Positions 36,200 through 45,786 of a DNA stretch of 64,000 bases are shown piece after piece; the first letter of the stretch is position 1; every line of letters begins with the position of its first letter. Made by a program: the position numbers and the translations under genes. The notes below the pieces were generated by a model. That model searched no databases, was not told where the DNA came from, and saw only the letters and a program-made list of their open reading frames with translations. The stretch lies in NCBI RefSeq assembly GCF_017642335.1, contig NZ_JAGCPF010000038.1; one strand, given 5' to 3'. Source of the DNA: Fibrobacter sp. (GTDB taxonomy: Bacteria > Fibrobacterota > Fibrobacteria > Fibrobacterales > Fibrobacteraceae).

Positions 36200-36395
36200 A
36201 TGTCGTCTGCTATTGAGTTCGAGAACATCAGCAAGCAGTACCGCCTGGGGCTAGTGAGCACCGGGACGCTCAGCCACGACCTGAACAGGTTCTGGCAGAC
36301 CAAGGTGCTGCGCCGCGAGGACCCCTACCTCAAGGTGGGCGAAGTGATGCCGTTGAGATTATCGATCGCGAACGCTACCTAGACACCCCAGTGAA
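36200..36395 (+). pseudogene. wzt stub C: codons 1-49 fused to a remnant of the EIVD..CERYLDTPVK segment
   Basis: 36200-36345 matches the wzt 5' end; 36354-36395 (gagattatcgatc gcgaacgctacctagacaccccagtgaa) matches about 40906-40956. Confidence 0.9.
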
Positions 36396-36407
36396 GAAGA
36401 TTTCACT

Positions 36408-37538
36408 ATGCTAAAGAAAATCATTCCGACACTAGCATCTAGAGAATCAAAGGAGCTTCTTTGCATTGATGCTCTTAAGGGCATAGGTGCGTTCATCATT
36501 GCATTCTTTTGGCATTATCAGCATTTTACGCCTATCCAAGAGTTTCCACTTTCCAGCATTTTTGAAATTAGCTGCACCCATGGCTATTTAATGGTAGAAT
36601 TATTCTTTATGCTTTCTGGTTTCGGGATGGCTTTGGGGTATCAGAAAAAAATTCAAGATAAAGAAATTAAGTTTTTTCCTTATATAAAAAAGAGATTTTG
36701 TAGGTTGTACCCGCCTTTTCTGGTAGCTTTGTTTGCCACGGGATTTCTAGAGTGCGTCCATATAACGCAAACGGGAACAACCTTCATTTATGGTAACTTC
36801 GACTTATATCATTTCTTATTAAATCTACTATTGCTTCAAAACGGATTGATTGCAACGGAGTGGTCGTTTAACTCACCATCATGGTGCATCTGCATATGTA
36901 TGTTATGCTATATTCTTTTTTACATAGTGGTATATAAGGGCGCTAGCGAACGTTCTCTGTTCTATAAATGTATTATCGTTTTGTTCTTTGCCGAATATCT
37001 CTTTTTCGGAATGGCAAAGCCCATCTTTAACGCTCAAATCGCTCGCGGGATTTCATGCTTTTCCATCGGAGTTATGCTTTCGTATGCATGGCGATACAAG
37101 GACCGCTTCAACTATCAATATCTTGGAAAAATTTTGCTATTGCTTCTCATTGGAGGGTATATTGCTATTCGGTATAACCCCTACATTACAGGGAATATGC
37201 AGCAACTATTCATATTAGGAATTGGCCCTGTAATTATCCTAACATCATTGTTTCATAAACACTTAAACATCATTTTCCAAAACAAAATTTTTGTTTTTTT
37301 AGGCTCAATATCCTTGAATATTTATTTGTGGCATTACCCTGTTCAATGTGCCATAAAAGACTTAGACCTGCTTTTCTCGCTAAGTCTTGATTTTTCATCT
37401 ATTTTGACTTGGTCGATATATGTAATGGCGACTCTTGCGGTTGCAGTTTTTGATAGGTATTTCGCTTCAAAGTGCTACAACAAGGTTTTTTCAACTTTTA
37501 TTGCGCAATTTAAGGCCAATAGCGCTCCAAACCACTAA
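36408..37538 (+). CDS. Acyltransferase family 3
   Basis: IDALKG...WHY, VELFFMLSGFG, KRFCRLYP, PSWCI, IYLWHYP. Confidence 0.85.
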   Translation: MLKKIIPTLASRESKELLCIDALKGIGAFIIAFFWHYQHFTPIQEFPLSSIFEISCTHGYLMVELFFMLSGFGMALGYQKKIQDKEIKFFPYIKKRFCRLYPPFLVALFATGFLECVHITQTGTTFIYGNFDLYHFLLNLLLLQNGLIATEWSFNSPSWCICICMLCYILFYIVVYKGASERSLFYKCIIVLFFAEYLFFGMAKPIFNAQIARGISCFSIGVMLSYAWRYKDRFNYQYLGKILLLLLIGGYIAIRYNPYITGNMQQLFILGIGPVIILTSLFHKHLNIIFQNKIFVFLGSISLNIYLWHYPVQCAIKDLDLLFSLSLDFSSILTWSIYVMATLAVAVFDRYFASKCYNKVFSTFIAQFKANSAPNH

Positions 37539-37559
37539 ATCTTTTTTACATTACTTTTC

Positions 37560-37806
37560 ATGACCGCGATCGAGTTTGAAAACATCAGCAAGCAGTACCG
37601 CCTGGGGCTAGTGAGCACCGGGACGCTCAGCCACGACCTGAACAGGTTCTGGCAGACCAAGGTACTGCGCCGCGAGGACACCTACCTCAAGGTGGGCGAG
37701 GTGAACGACCGCGCGCACAAGGGCGACAGCGAATACGTGTGGGCCCTGAAGGACATCAACTTCATGGTGGAACAGGGCGACGTCGTGGGCTTCATCGGCA
37801 GAACAT
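37560..37806 (+). pseudogene. wzt stub D: 5' ~82 codons, truncated within Walker A
   Basis: Matches 40460-40705 with a few missense changes; ORF reads on to TGA 37847, overlapping the next ATG. Confidence 0.95.
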
Positions 37807-37843
37807 GTTCTACCAACTTTATCATCATTAAGATGGTTCACCA

Positions 37844-39124
37844 ATGAATAACAAAAACGTCATTCACATTCAGGATTTATCCAACCCCAAAGCCATAAGT
37901 GATTTTGTAAGTGAATATCTAGATTTAAAAAAAAGGCGAGTAAAAGAATATATAGTAGATTTTCAAAAATGCGACGCGATTTACCCTAATTCAATCGTTC
38001 CTATAATGGCATATATAGAGGCTTTAAAGGCTGATGGAGAAAACTTTACTATTTGGCCTCCTCAAGACCCCAAAACAGCCGGCATGATAAGCGTTCGCGA
38101 CATCGAGAATCTTGATTTTGTTGATTCTCCCCTATCAAAAATTTGGAAATTTGATTCAAATCATATTCATATTTTTGTAAACAAACTGATGGATTGTATC
38201 AGCAGATCCACTGTTTGTTCCGAGGGGGTATTAGGAACTATTGAATGGTCAATAAATGAAGTAATGGACAATGTACCCGAGCATGCTGACGTTGAATATG
38301 GTTACGTCATGGTTCAATTGCATAAATCGAACAATAGAGTTGCACTAGCTATCGCCGATACAGGTATAGGCTTTAAAGAGTCGTTTAAAAAATCAAAACA
38401 ATATCGGCCGATAACCGATGTTGATGCAATTACATTAGCGCTTAAAAAAGGGGTGACCTCTTCTGACGAACGAGGCCGCGGAAACGGATTATATGGTTTG
38501 TACAACCTGGTTACATCCACCGAAAATGGGCGTTTGCGCATTTGCTCAGCATCAGGTATGGTAAATATTGAGAAAAATAAAAATCAGAAACCCCTAAACT
38601 CATTACACCCCTTAAAAACGCATGGCGATCATACAATAACAACAATTGATTTTCAACTACCTCTAGATGAAAGAATAAATATAACAGAAGCATTAGAAGG
38701 TTACACGCCACCCCTTGTCACAGCAAGAATTGAACAATACGAAAAAGACAATGACTATGTTTTCTCTTTAAAAGACATGTCTAATGGCTTTGCAACAAGA
38801 TCTGAGGGCAAACGAGTTAGAACAAAAATAGAGAATATGTCTATCGAATTAAACAGAGAAAAAATTATTTTAGATTTTTCCGATATATCTATGATTTCAT
38901 CTTCTTTTGCTGATGAAGTAATTGGAAAATTAATGGAAAAGTATGGTTATGAAAATTTCAACAAATTTTTCCTCATTTCAAATGTTGAAAGAAATGTAGA
39001 ATCTCTTCTCAATTATGCGATTACAAACAGAACAATAAACGAGGACACATATAATACAAAGGATAAAGGTGTAAAGGCCTTTATTAGGAAAATTCTAGTA
39101 CACCTGCTAGAGAAGTTGAATTAG
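37844..39124 (+). CDS. STAS-like + GHKL/HATPase + DUF4325-like protein
   Basis: INEVMDNVPEH, IADTGIG, GRGNGL GHKL boxes; LDFSDISMISSSFADEVIGKL C-terminal STAS-like domain. Confidence 0.7.
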   Translation: MNNKNVIHIQDLSNPKAISDFVSEYLDLKKRRVKEYIVDFQKCDAIYPNSIVPIMAYIEALKADGENFTIWPPQDPKTAGMISVRDIENLDFVDSPLSKIWKFDSNHIHIFVNKLMDCISRSTVCSEGVLGTIEWSINEVMDNVPEHADVEYGYVMVQLHKSNNRVALAIADTGIGFKESFKKSKQYRPITDVDAITLALKKGVTSSDERGRGNGLYGLYNLVTSTENGRLRICSASGMVNIEKNKNQKPLNSLHPLKTHGDHTITTIDFQLPLDERINITEALEGYTPPLVTARIEQYEKDNDYVFSLKDMSNGFATRSEGKRVRTKIENMSIELNREKIILDFSDISMISSSFADEVIGKLMEKYGYENFNKFFLISNVERNVESLLNYAITNRTINEDTYNTKDKGVKAFIRKILVHLLEKLN

Positions 39125-39317
39125 AGCAAACCATATTCACCACTAATACCAAGATCGATTTTCTTTTTTGGAAATTCATAAAATACTACGGCACAAACTG
39201 TGCACCATTTGCGGTATGTCATTCGCCTCCAAAACCATTCACGAAAGCAGGTCCAAATATGTATTATTCATTTTTCCCAACACTACATAAAAATCTTTAT
39301 TCTATATTAGTTTTAAC

Positions 39318-40430
39318 ATGATTTGCTCAGACCTAAAAAAAGGCTTACACAGTTGGCTAGACAAACTTAACCAACCGTTTCTCTTAAACCAAGGAGAAAC
39401 AGAAATCCTGACTTTGCGACAAGATGGCGACAGAGACGAGGTATTCGATGTTCTAAAGGGTATCGCCATATTCCTCGTGATTATTGGGCATTGCACATCA
39501 GGACCATTGAAAGTATTTGCTCATACATTTCACATACCCTTATTCTTTTTTATTGCCGGATATTTTCTTAAAATTCGCCCTATCCGGCAAGAAATTCAAC
39601 TTAGCACAAAAAGACTCATCATTCCATATTTTTTTGTAGCTTTTTTCTCTTCTCTCATAGCGATTCTCCAAGATCTTTCACACTACACCTGGGCGGACGG
39701 AACTTATTCTCAAGAAATAATCATTAGACTGTTACTTGGCTTTAGAACGGACTTCGCGCCCAGTTGGATGAATGGAAACATCGGCATTCTTTGGTTCATT
39801 CTCGCCATGTTTTGGGCTCGGTGTATCGCAGTATTTTTAATTGGAAAAATTCACTCAATAAAGAAACTTTGCGTTATTTTTTTCATTCTAGCAATTCTAG
39901 GGATTGTTTTAGGAAAATTCGTTTTTGTTCCTTACTGCATTCCACATGGTCTCACCGCTTCGGCCCTAGTTTATGTTGGTTTTCTCATAAGAAAATTTAG
40001 GATACTAAACTCAGAATATATTAACAAAATCCTTCCTTTTCTGCTTATACTTTGGCTATGCAGTTTGAACCATGGCGGCTTGGGAATGGCTAGCGGGAAT
40101 TATCCTTTGGGCTTTATTTTTAGTTCATTAGGAGCTCTAGGAGCCTTTTTAACATTGTATATTGTCGTAAAAACAATCTACAGAAAAGATTCCACATTTT
40201 GGAGATTTATCTATTTCGGAGGACGTTTTAGTCTAATTATCTACTGTGTCCACGCTATCGAATTTGACAATTTCAACTGGAAAGCCTTCGCTCTGTTGCA
40301 TCATGTCCCCTTAAATCATTTTGACCTGTTCCAATTGGCAGCACATTTTACCATTACCCTTGTATTCACATCTATTATTTTAAAGATTAAGCCAATTAAA
40401 GAACATATTTTCCAAATAAGAAATGTTTAA
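39318..40430 (+). CDS. Acyltransferase family 3 (paralog of 48578-49576)
   Basis: FDVLKGIAIFLVIIGHC, PLFFFIAG, GILWFI. Confidence 0.85.
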   Translation: MICSDLKKGLHSWLDKLNQPFLLNQGETEILTLRQDGDRDEVFDVLKGIAIFLVIIGHCTSGPLKVFAHTFHIPLFFFIAGYFLKIRPIRQEIQLSTKRLIIPYFFVAFFSSLIAILQDLSHYTWADGTYSQEIIIRLLLGFRTDFAPSWMNGNIGILWFILAMFWARCIAVFLIGKIHSIKKLCVIFFILAILGIVLGKFVFVPYCIPHGLTASALVYVGFLIRKFRILNSEYINKILPFLLILWLCSLNHGGLGMASGNYPLGFIFSSLGALGAFLTLYIVVKTIYRKDSTFWRFIYFGGRFSLIIYCVHAIEFDNFNWKAFALLHHVPLNHFDLFQLAAHFTITLVFTSIILKIKPIKEHIFQIRNV

Positions 40431-40459
40431 AAATCTGCAAAAAATTATTTTTTTACAAA

Positions 40460-41725
40460 ATGATAGCCATCGAGTTCGAGAACATCAGCAAGCAGTACCG
40501 ACTGGGGCTAGTGAGCACCGGGACGCTCAGCCACGACCTGAACAGGTTCTGGCAGACTAAGGTGCTGCGCCGCGAGGACCCCTACCTCAAGGTGGGCGAA
40601 GTCAACGACCGCGCGCACAAGGGCGCAAGCGAGTACGTGTGGGCCCTCAAGGACATCAACTTCAAGGTGGAACAGGGCGACGTCGTGGGAATCATCGGGC
40701 GTAACGGCGCCGGCAAGAGCACCCTCCTCAAGCTGCTGAGCCGCGTGACCGCTCCCACCACCGGCACCATCCGCGCACGGGGCCGCATCGCGAGCCTCCT
40801 CGAAGTGGGCACCGGGTTCCACCCGGAGATGACCGGGCGCGAGAACATCTACATGAACGGCGCCATCATGGGCATGAGCCGCGCGGAGATTACCCGCAAG
40901 CTCGATGAAATCGTGGACTTCAGCGGCTGCGAACGCTACCTGGACACCCCCGTGAAACGCTACAGCAGCGGCATGACCGTACGCCTCGGATTCGCCATCG
41001 CAGCACACTTGGAACCCGAAATCCTCGTGGTGGACGAAGTGCTGGCCGTGGGCGACGCCGAATTCCAAAAGAAGGCCATCGGCAAGATGCAGGACGTAAG
41101 CCGCGGCGAAGGCAGAACCGTGCTGTTCGTGAGCCATAATATGGGCGCGGTGAAGAATTTGTGTAAGCGCGGAATTGTGCTGAATCAGGGACAAGTGACG
41201 TTTGATGGAGCGGCAGACAATGCCGTAAATTTTTATACAGGAAGTTATCGCTTATCAGAAGAAGACGAACTAATCAATCGGGTAACAAAAACGGCAAAAG
41301 GCATTTCAATAAAGCATTTCTCTTTTAACGGCTCAACATCTAGTCAAACAACTATCACAAATGGACAAAAATCCATTGAGGTCTGCATTGAGGGTTATAC
41401 TAGCAGCCCTCTTTCTAAAGTTGACATCAGATTGACTATAAAAAATTCTTTGGGAACACCACTAGCAACTCTTGCAGAAGGACACTATAAAAATAGCACT
41501 CAGGATTTTGATATCGGAGATTTCTCGATAAAGAAAGAATTCATTTTGCCCAAATATCTTTCACAAGGGCTTTGCATTGTCGACATCTATTTGCACAAGC
41601 CAAACGTCATGTACTATATGGAAGCCCCCAATTGTGCAACAATAGACATTAACGGAAATAGCGAACGATTCGGACAGGCCCTTTTATTAAACAGGGATGG
41701 CTTTTTCGGATTTGAAACGAAATAA
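40460..41725 (+). CDS. wzt: Polysaccharide ABC transporter ATP-binding protein with Wzt_C domain (intact copy)
   Basis: GRNGAGKST, YSSGM, VVDEVLAVGD, VSHN, plus a C-terminal extension. Confidence 0.95.
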   Translation: MIAIEFENISKQYRLGLVSTGTLSHDLNRFWQTKVLRREDPYLKVGEVNDRAHKGASEYVWALKDINFKVEQGDVVGIIGRNGAGKSTLLKLLSRVTAPTTGTIRARGRIASLLEVGTGFHPEMTGRENIYMNGAIMGMSRAEITRKLDEIVDFSGCERYLDTPVKRYSSGMTVRLGFAIAAHLEPEILVVDEVLAVGDAEFQKKAIGKMQDVSRGEGRTVLFVSHNMGAVKNLCKRGIVLNQGQVTFDGAADNAVNFYTGSYRLSEEDELINRVTKTAKGISIKHFSFNGSTSSQTTITNGQKSIEVCIEGYTSSPLSKVDIRLTIKNSLGTPLATLAEGHYKNSTQDFDIGDFSIKKEFILPKYLSQGLCIVDIYLHKPNVMYYMEAPNCATIDINGNSERFGQALLLNRDGFFGFETK

Positions 41726-41737
41726 ATAGAGTGTCTT

Positions 41738-42862
41738 ATGCCCCTATTATTTGATTTAACGGCCTCCCAACCGAACAATACAATTAAAAGACATGGTGGC
41801 GGGAAGTACTGTGAAATGCTTTTTGATGGCTTATGCAAAAGAAAAGCGTCTTTTCAGGCTTTCTATGACTCAAGCAAATATCTTAACCCTCAAGTATGTG
41901 AAAGTCTGAAACAATACGATATTAAACTTCATGATATAAAAGACAAACCGCTTCAATTAATTGTTAATCAAAACGACATTGATGCAATATATTCTGCTTT
42001 ACCAGAAGCGTTACAGCCGTGGCCAACTTGCAAAATTCTAGGAACCATTCACGGATTGCGGAGTCTTGAACTTGAATATGATTTCTATGGGCACTGGTTG
42101 TTAGATTCTGGAGTCGTTGGGTTAAATACGTTTTTAGGTTATTTCTTCAACAAAAAGAATAAAAAGCAAACATTCAAACATTATCAAAAATTACTCCGGA
42201 CATCAAATTTTTCTTTCGTAACCGATTCTAATCATTCAAAAAAAGTAATTCAAGCGATTTGTCCAGAATTAGACATTCCCGTCTTCTACCCTCCATCAAC
42301 ATCAATCTGTCAGTCAAAAAAAACGTCAAATGAAAAATACATTTTAATAGTTTCTGCAGATAGATTTGAAAAAAACTGCACTAGAGCCATCATTGCAATT
42401 GATGAACTTCTTTCAAAAAAACGAATCCCTTCAGATGTACTTATCAAAATAACGGGAATAACACGCAATATTTCTAGATACAACATAAAAAACATATCTA
42501 ATTTCAGATTCCTAGGATATGTTGACGAAAGGGAGCTGGATTCACTCTATGCGAATGCGTATGCCTTTATATATCCATCTTTAAATGAGGGCTTTGGCTA
42601 CCCGCCGCTGGAAGCCATGAAATATAATGTTCCCGTAATAGCATCAAACGCGGCGTCTATTCCAGAAGTCTGTGGAAATGCCGCTTTATATTTCAGTCCA
42701 ACATCCATAAGCGAATTAGAAGAGAAAATTATTGGATTACAAAACAAAAACATCTATTCTGATTTACAAAAAAAAGGGGCGGCGAGGTTTCAGGAAATAG
42801 AGGCAAGGCAAAAAGAAGATTTAGATAAACTTGTTGATTGGATTATACGCAACGCTACGTAA
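41738..42862 (+). CDS. Glycosyltransferase family 4
   Basis: YPSLNEGFGYPPLEAM, SIPEVCG. Confidence 0.85.
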   Translation: MPLLFDLTASQPNNTIKRHGGGKYCEMLFDGLCKRKASFQAFYDSSKYLNPQVCESLKQYDIKLHDIKDKPLQLIVNQNDIDAIYSALPEALQPWPTCKILGTIHGLRSLELEYDFYGHWLLDSGVVGLNTFLGYFFNKKNKKQTFKHYQKLLRTSNFSFVTDSNHSKKVIQAICPELDIPVFYPPSTSICQSKKTSNEKYILIVSADRFEKNCTRAIIAIDELLSKKRIPSDVLIKITGITRNISRYNIKNISNFRFLGYVDERELDSLYANAYAFIYPSLNEGFGYPPLEAMKYNVPVIASNAASIPEVCGNAALYFSPTSISELEEKIIGLQNKNIYSDLQKKGAARFQEIEARQKEDLDKLVDWIIRNAT

Positions 42863-42868
42863 AAGCAT

Positions 42869-43669
42869 ATGATTTTAGATAAACTTCGTAATAATTCTAT
42901 CTGCATAAAGATATATTCATACCTAAAATGGCATGAACGATTCGCACTAATAAAAAATTTTGGATTTAGATACAAATGCCCTTTTTGCGGATATCATGCA
43001 CGAAAAATGAACCCCATTGGCTGTGATTTTAAAGTCATTTACGAAAAAGAAATTGTAGGATGTGGACGTCGTTTCGCGGGATGTATAAAATGTGGCTCGA
43101 CAGACAAAGAACGCTTAGTATTTACATATATGCAAAGCATTAATTTTTTTGAAAATCCAAACAAAAGCATTCTGCATATGGCTCCGGAACTTAATTTGAG
43201 TAAACAATTCCTCAGACACAAATTTAAAGAATACATTTGCGGTGATTATTTCGCCCCTGGATATGAAAATGTTTATCCCAGCTACGTAAAAAACATAAAT
43301 ATTTTGAACATTCCTTACAGTAATGAATATTTTGATGTTGTCATATGCAACCATGTGTTAGAGCACATCGAAAATGACCTCAAAGGAATGTCTGAAATAT
43401 ATCGAGTTTTGCGAAAAGGAGGATTTGCGATTCTGCAAGTGCCCATTTCTTATATAACAGATAAAACTTATGAAGATCCAAGCATCTCTGACCCTGCAGA
43501 ACGCGAAAAAGTGTTTGGGCAATGCGATCATGTGAGAATTTACGGACTAGACTATTTTGATAGGTTGAAAAAAGTCGGCTTTGAAGTTGAAATTGTTTCT
43601 GATTTGGCAACAAGATATTCCAAGTATGGATTAAATAGCAAAGAAAAAATTTTCATCTGCCATAAGTGA
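42869..43669 (+). CDS. Class I SAM-dependent methyltransferase
   Basis: CPFCG...CIKCGS, LHMAPE, CNHVLEHI, RVLRKGG. Confidence 0.85.
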   Translation: MILDKLRNNSICIKIYSYLKWHERFALIKNFGFRYKCPFCGYHARKMNPIGCDFKVIYEKEIVGCGRRFAGCIKCGSTDKERLVFTYMQSINFFENPNKSILHMAPELNLSKQFLRHKFKEYICGDYFAPGYENVYPSYVKNINILNIPYSNEYFDVVICNHVLEHIENDLKGMSEIYRVLRKGGFAILQVPISYITDKTYEDPSISDPAEREKVFGQCDHVRIYGLDYFDRLKKVGFEVEIVSDLATRYSKYGLNSKEKIFICHK

Positions 43670-43805
43670 ATGAAAAAGCCGCATTAAATATATCAAAGTT
43701 GGATAATTGTTAATTTATTTACATTACAAAACGAATATGTGAATTGTGGTTACCCATTGCGGGAAAGCTTACATATCCATAAATTTTTAAACAAGTTGTT
43801 TTTTT

Positions 43806-44789
43806 TTATTTTGCGAATATTTTAAAAGTACAGCAATACAACTTAGCCAAATAATTGACAATGCCTAGTATTATCTTATTTTTTTTCTTCGATGATAAAA
43901 TCAGATCACGCAAAAGACCATACGAAGGATTTTTAAATAATTTATCTTCGTTATTAAGTTTCACCATAGCAGCAGAAAAGCATTTATTGGGATTTTGTAT
44001 AATTCGTTGAAAAGTTTCAAGTTGTTTATTCGAAATTTTAACGGACTGCCAAAAACTTTTTTTCTTCAATTCGAAAAATTCTTCCGATTCTGCAGTCTGT
44101 AACCCTGAGCTAAAGTAATGAATGAGCTTAGCTCCCAACAAATAACGGATGGAAAAATCAATTTGAACATTATAAAAGTCTGGGAGAGGCTTCGCAACAC
44201 CAACTTTGTACGAATTAACATAATTTAAAGACTGCTGATCCGTAAAAACACCTTTGTCGCAAGAATATTTCCACCAGCGATTCCAATCATCCATAAAACT
44301 ATGAGCAACGGGAGAGTCCTTAACAAATAGCACGCCCCCATTAATGAAGAAATCTGTATTTATTTTAAAATTTAATTTATTCGCAAATGTTTGATGGATT
44401 TCTTTCCATTTGAAGTTTTCAAACTTCACATTTCCATCAGGAACGCCCATAATATCGCCATCAAAATCTTTAAAATCAATAGCCCCAACCCATAAGGTGT
44501 CAACATCAACATACAGCAAATCACCAGCAACATATTTATGCATTGATGTTTTCAAAGAACGAGAACGAATCATTGCATTAACAGAATCATCAAATGGCAC
44601 AACATTACATTCATCAATATAGTCTAGGATACGCTCCCGATTTCCCTTTATAGAATCATTGGTTTTTTCGTCCATCAGCAACGCAATCGAAATGCCTGGC
44701 ATATGGTACTTTGCAGACATTACGGACAATAAAGCCTGTTCATAATAACAATCCGTTTCTTGGCTAACAAGTACATAAAGTAATTTCAT
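43806..44789 (-). CDS. GT8-like glycosyltransferase
   Basis: YVDVD DxD, INGGV, DQQSLN, IHYF. Confidence 0.7.
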   Translation of the reverse strand: MKLLYVLVSQETDCYYEQALLSVMSAKYHMPGISIALLMDEKTNDSIKGNRERILDYIDECNVVPFDDSVNAMIRSRSLKTSMHKYVAGDLLYVDVDTLWVGAIDFKDFDGDIMGVPDGNVKFENFKWKEIHQTFANKLNFKINTDFFINGGVLFVKDSPVAHSFMDDWNRWWKYSCDKGVFTDQQSLNYVNSYKVGVAKPLPDFYNVQIDFSIRYLLGAKLIHYFSSGLQTAESEEFFELKKKSFWQSVKISNKQLETFQRIIQNPNKCFSAAMVKLNNEDKLFKNPSYGLLRDLILSSKKKNKIILGIVNYLAKLYCCTFKIFAK

Positions 44790-44932
44790 ATGCTATCTCT
44801 ATCGTGCAAAAGCTCCGCCTTTTATAATCTTTTGACAATCTATAAATTTTTTTCTATTTAAAATATACATCAATCCGGCCCTATTAGTTTAACCATTCTT
44901 AATTCATTAACATATTTTTTAGATTTAACAAT

Positions 44933-45781
44933 ATGAGTAAATACATCGCAGCAGTCATATTATACAACCCCAATATTAATCAACTACAAAAATGTCTAGC
45001 GCCTATTGCAAACAATGTTGATTTACTCTATTTCATAGATAACGCTTCTAAAAATGAATTTGAGATTAACAATTGCGTAAAAAATTTTTCCAACGCAAAA
45101 ATTGTTAGGAATTGCCAAAATCAGGGATTGTCAAAACCTTTTAACCAGCTTTTAAAATATTCGAGAGAACACAATTTTTCACATTTGCTACTTCTTGATC
45201 AAGATTCTGAGCCTTCATCTAACTTTATTGAGGAGCTGAAAAAATATGCTGACAAAAACTTTGTTTGCTACACTCCTCTACTAATTCATAAATCACCCGA
45301 TTATCAAAAAACATATGGATGTACACCACATGGTGAAACTGAAAACATAAAAGAATCAATCAATTCAGGAACTCTCATCAATATAAATAAGCTTCCCGCA
45401 GGCATTTGTTTTGACGAAAATTTATTCATAGACTGGATTGACATTGATTTTTTCTATCAACTTGAACTAGCTTCAAAGAAAACCCTTCGAATCAACAATG
45501 CAAAACTTTTAATTAACATAGGCAATCAAAAAGTCCATCATGTTTTTAAATACACTTGGTTTTCCTCCGGTTATTCAGCATTTCGTCTAAAGAAACAAGC
45601 TCAAGACACTGTTTATTTCTTTCTAAAATATCGCAAGCACAATTTTATTAAAGGTCACATCACATTTCTCTTGTGGCGTTGGTTGATGATGCTGTTTTTA
45701 GAAAATAAACGCATCCGAAAAAGTTTGGCGATCATTTCAGGATTAATCCAAGGTCTTCGCCTATACAAATATTTATATTAA
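44933..45781 (+). CDS. GT2 rhamnosyltransferase-like
   Basis: ILYNP, IDNAS, LLLDQDS, INSG, FIDWID. Confidence 0.8.
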   Translation: MSKYIAAVILYNPNINQLQKCLAPIANNVDLLYFIDNASKNEFEINNCVKNFSNAKIVRNCQNQGLSKPFNQLLKYSREHNFSHLLLLDQDSEPSSNFIEELKKYADKNFVCYTPLLIHKSPDYQKTYGCTPHGETENIKESINSGTLININKLPAGICFDENLFIDWIDIDFFYQLELASKKTLRINNAKLLINIGNQKVHHVFKYTWFSSGYSAFRLKKQAQDTVYFFLKYRKHNFIKGHITFLLWRWLMMLFLENKRIRKSLAIISGLIQGLRLYKYLY

Positions 45782-45786
45782 TAAGC

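Noticed and set aside
30758-37806. Stubs as a pure assembly artefact
   Set aside because: Each copy has its own SNPs, N-terminus, upstream sequence and junction, which collapsed or duplicated reads would not produce; long-read confirmation is still advisable
27792-40460. Classical integron (attC cassettes)
   Set aside because: No IntI or other tyrosine recombinase seen, and the delimiting repeats are wzt coding sequence, not attC-type imperfect palindromes with RYYYAAC/GTTRRRY ends
30758-40950. Diversity-generating retroelement (wzt stubs as TR/VR)
   Set aside because: No reverse transcriptase; differences between copies are mostly synonymous third-position changes, not adenine-specific
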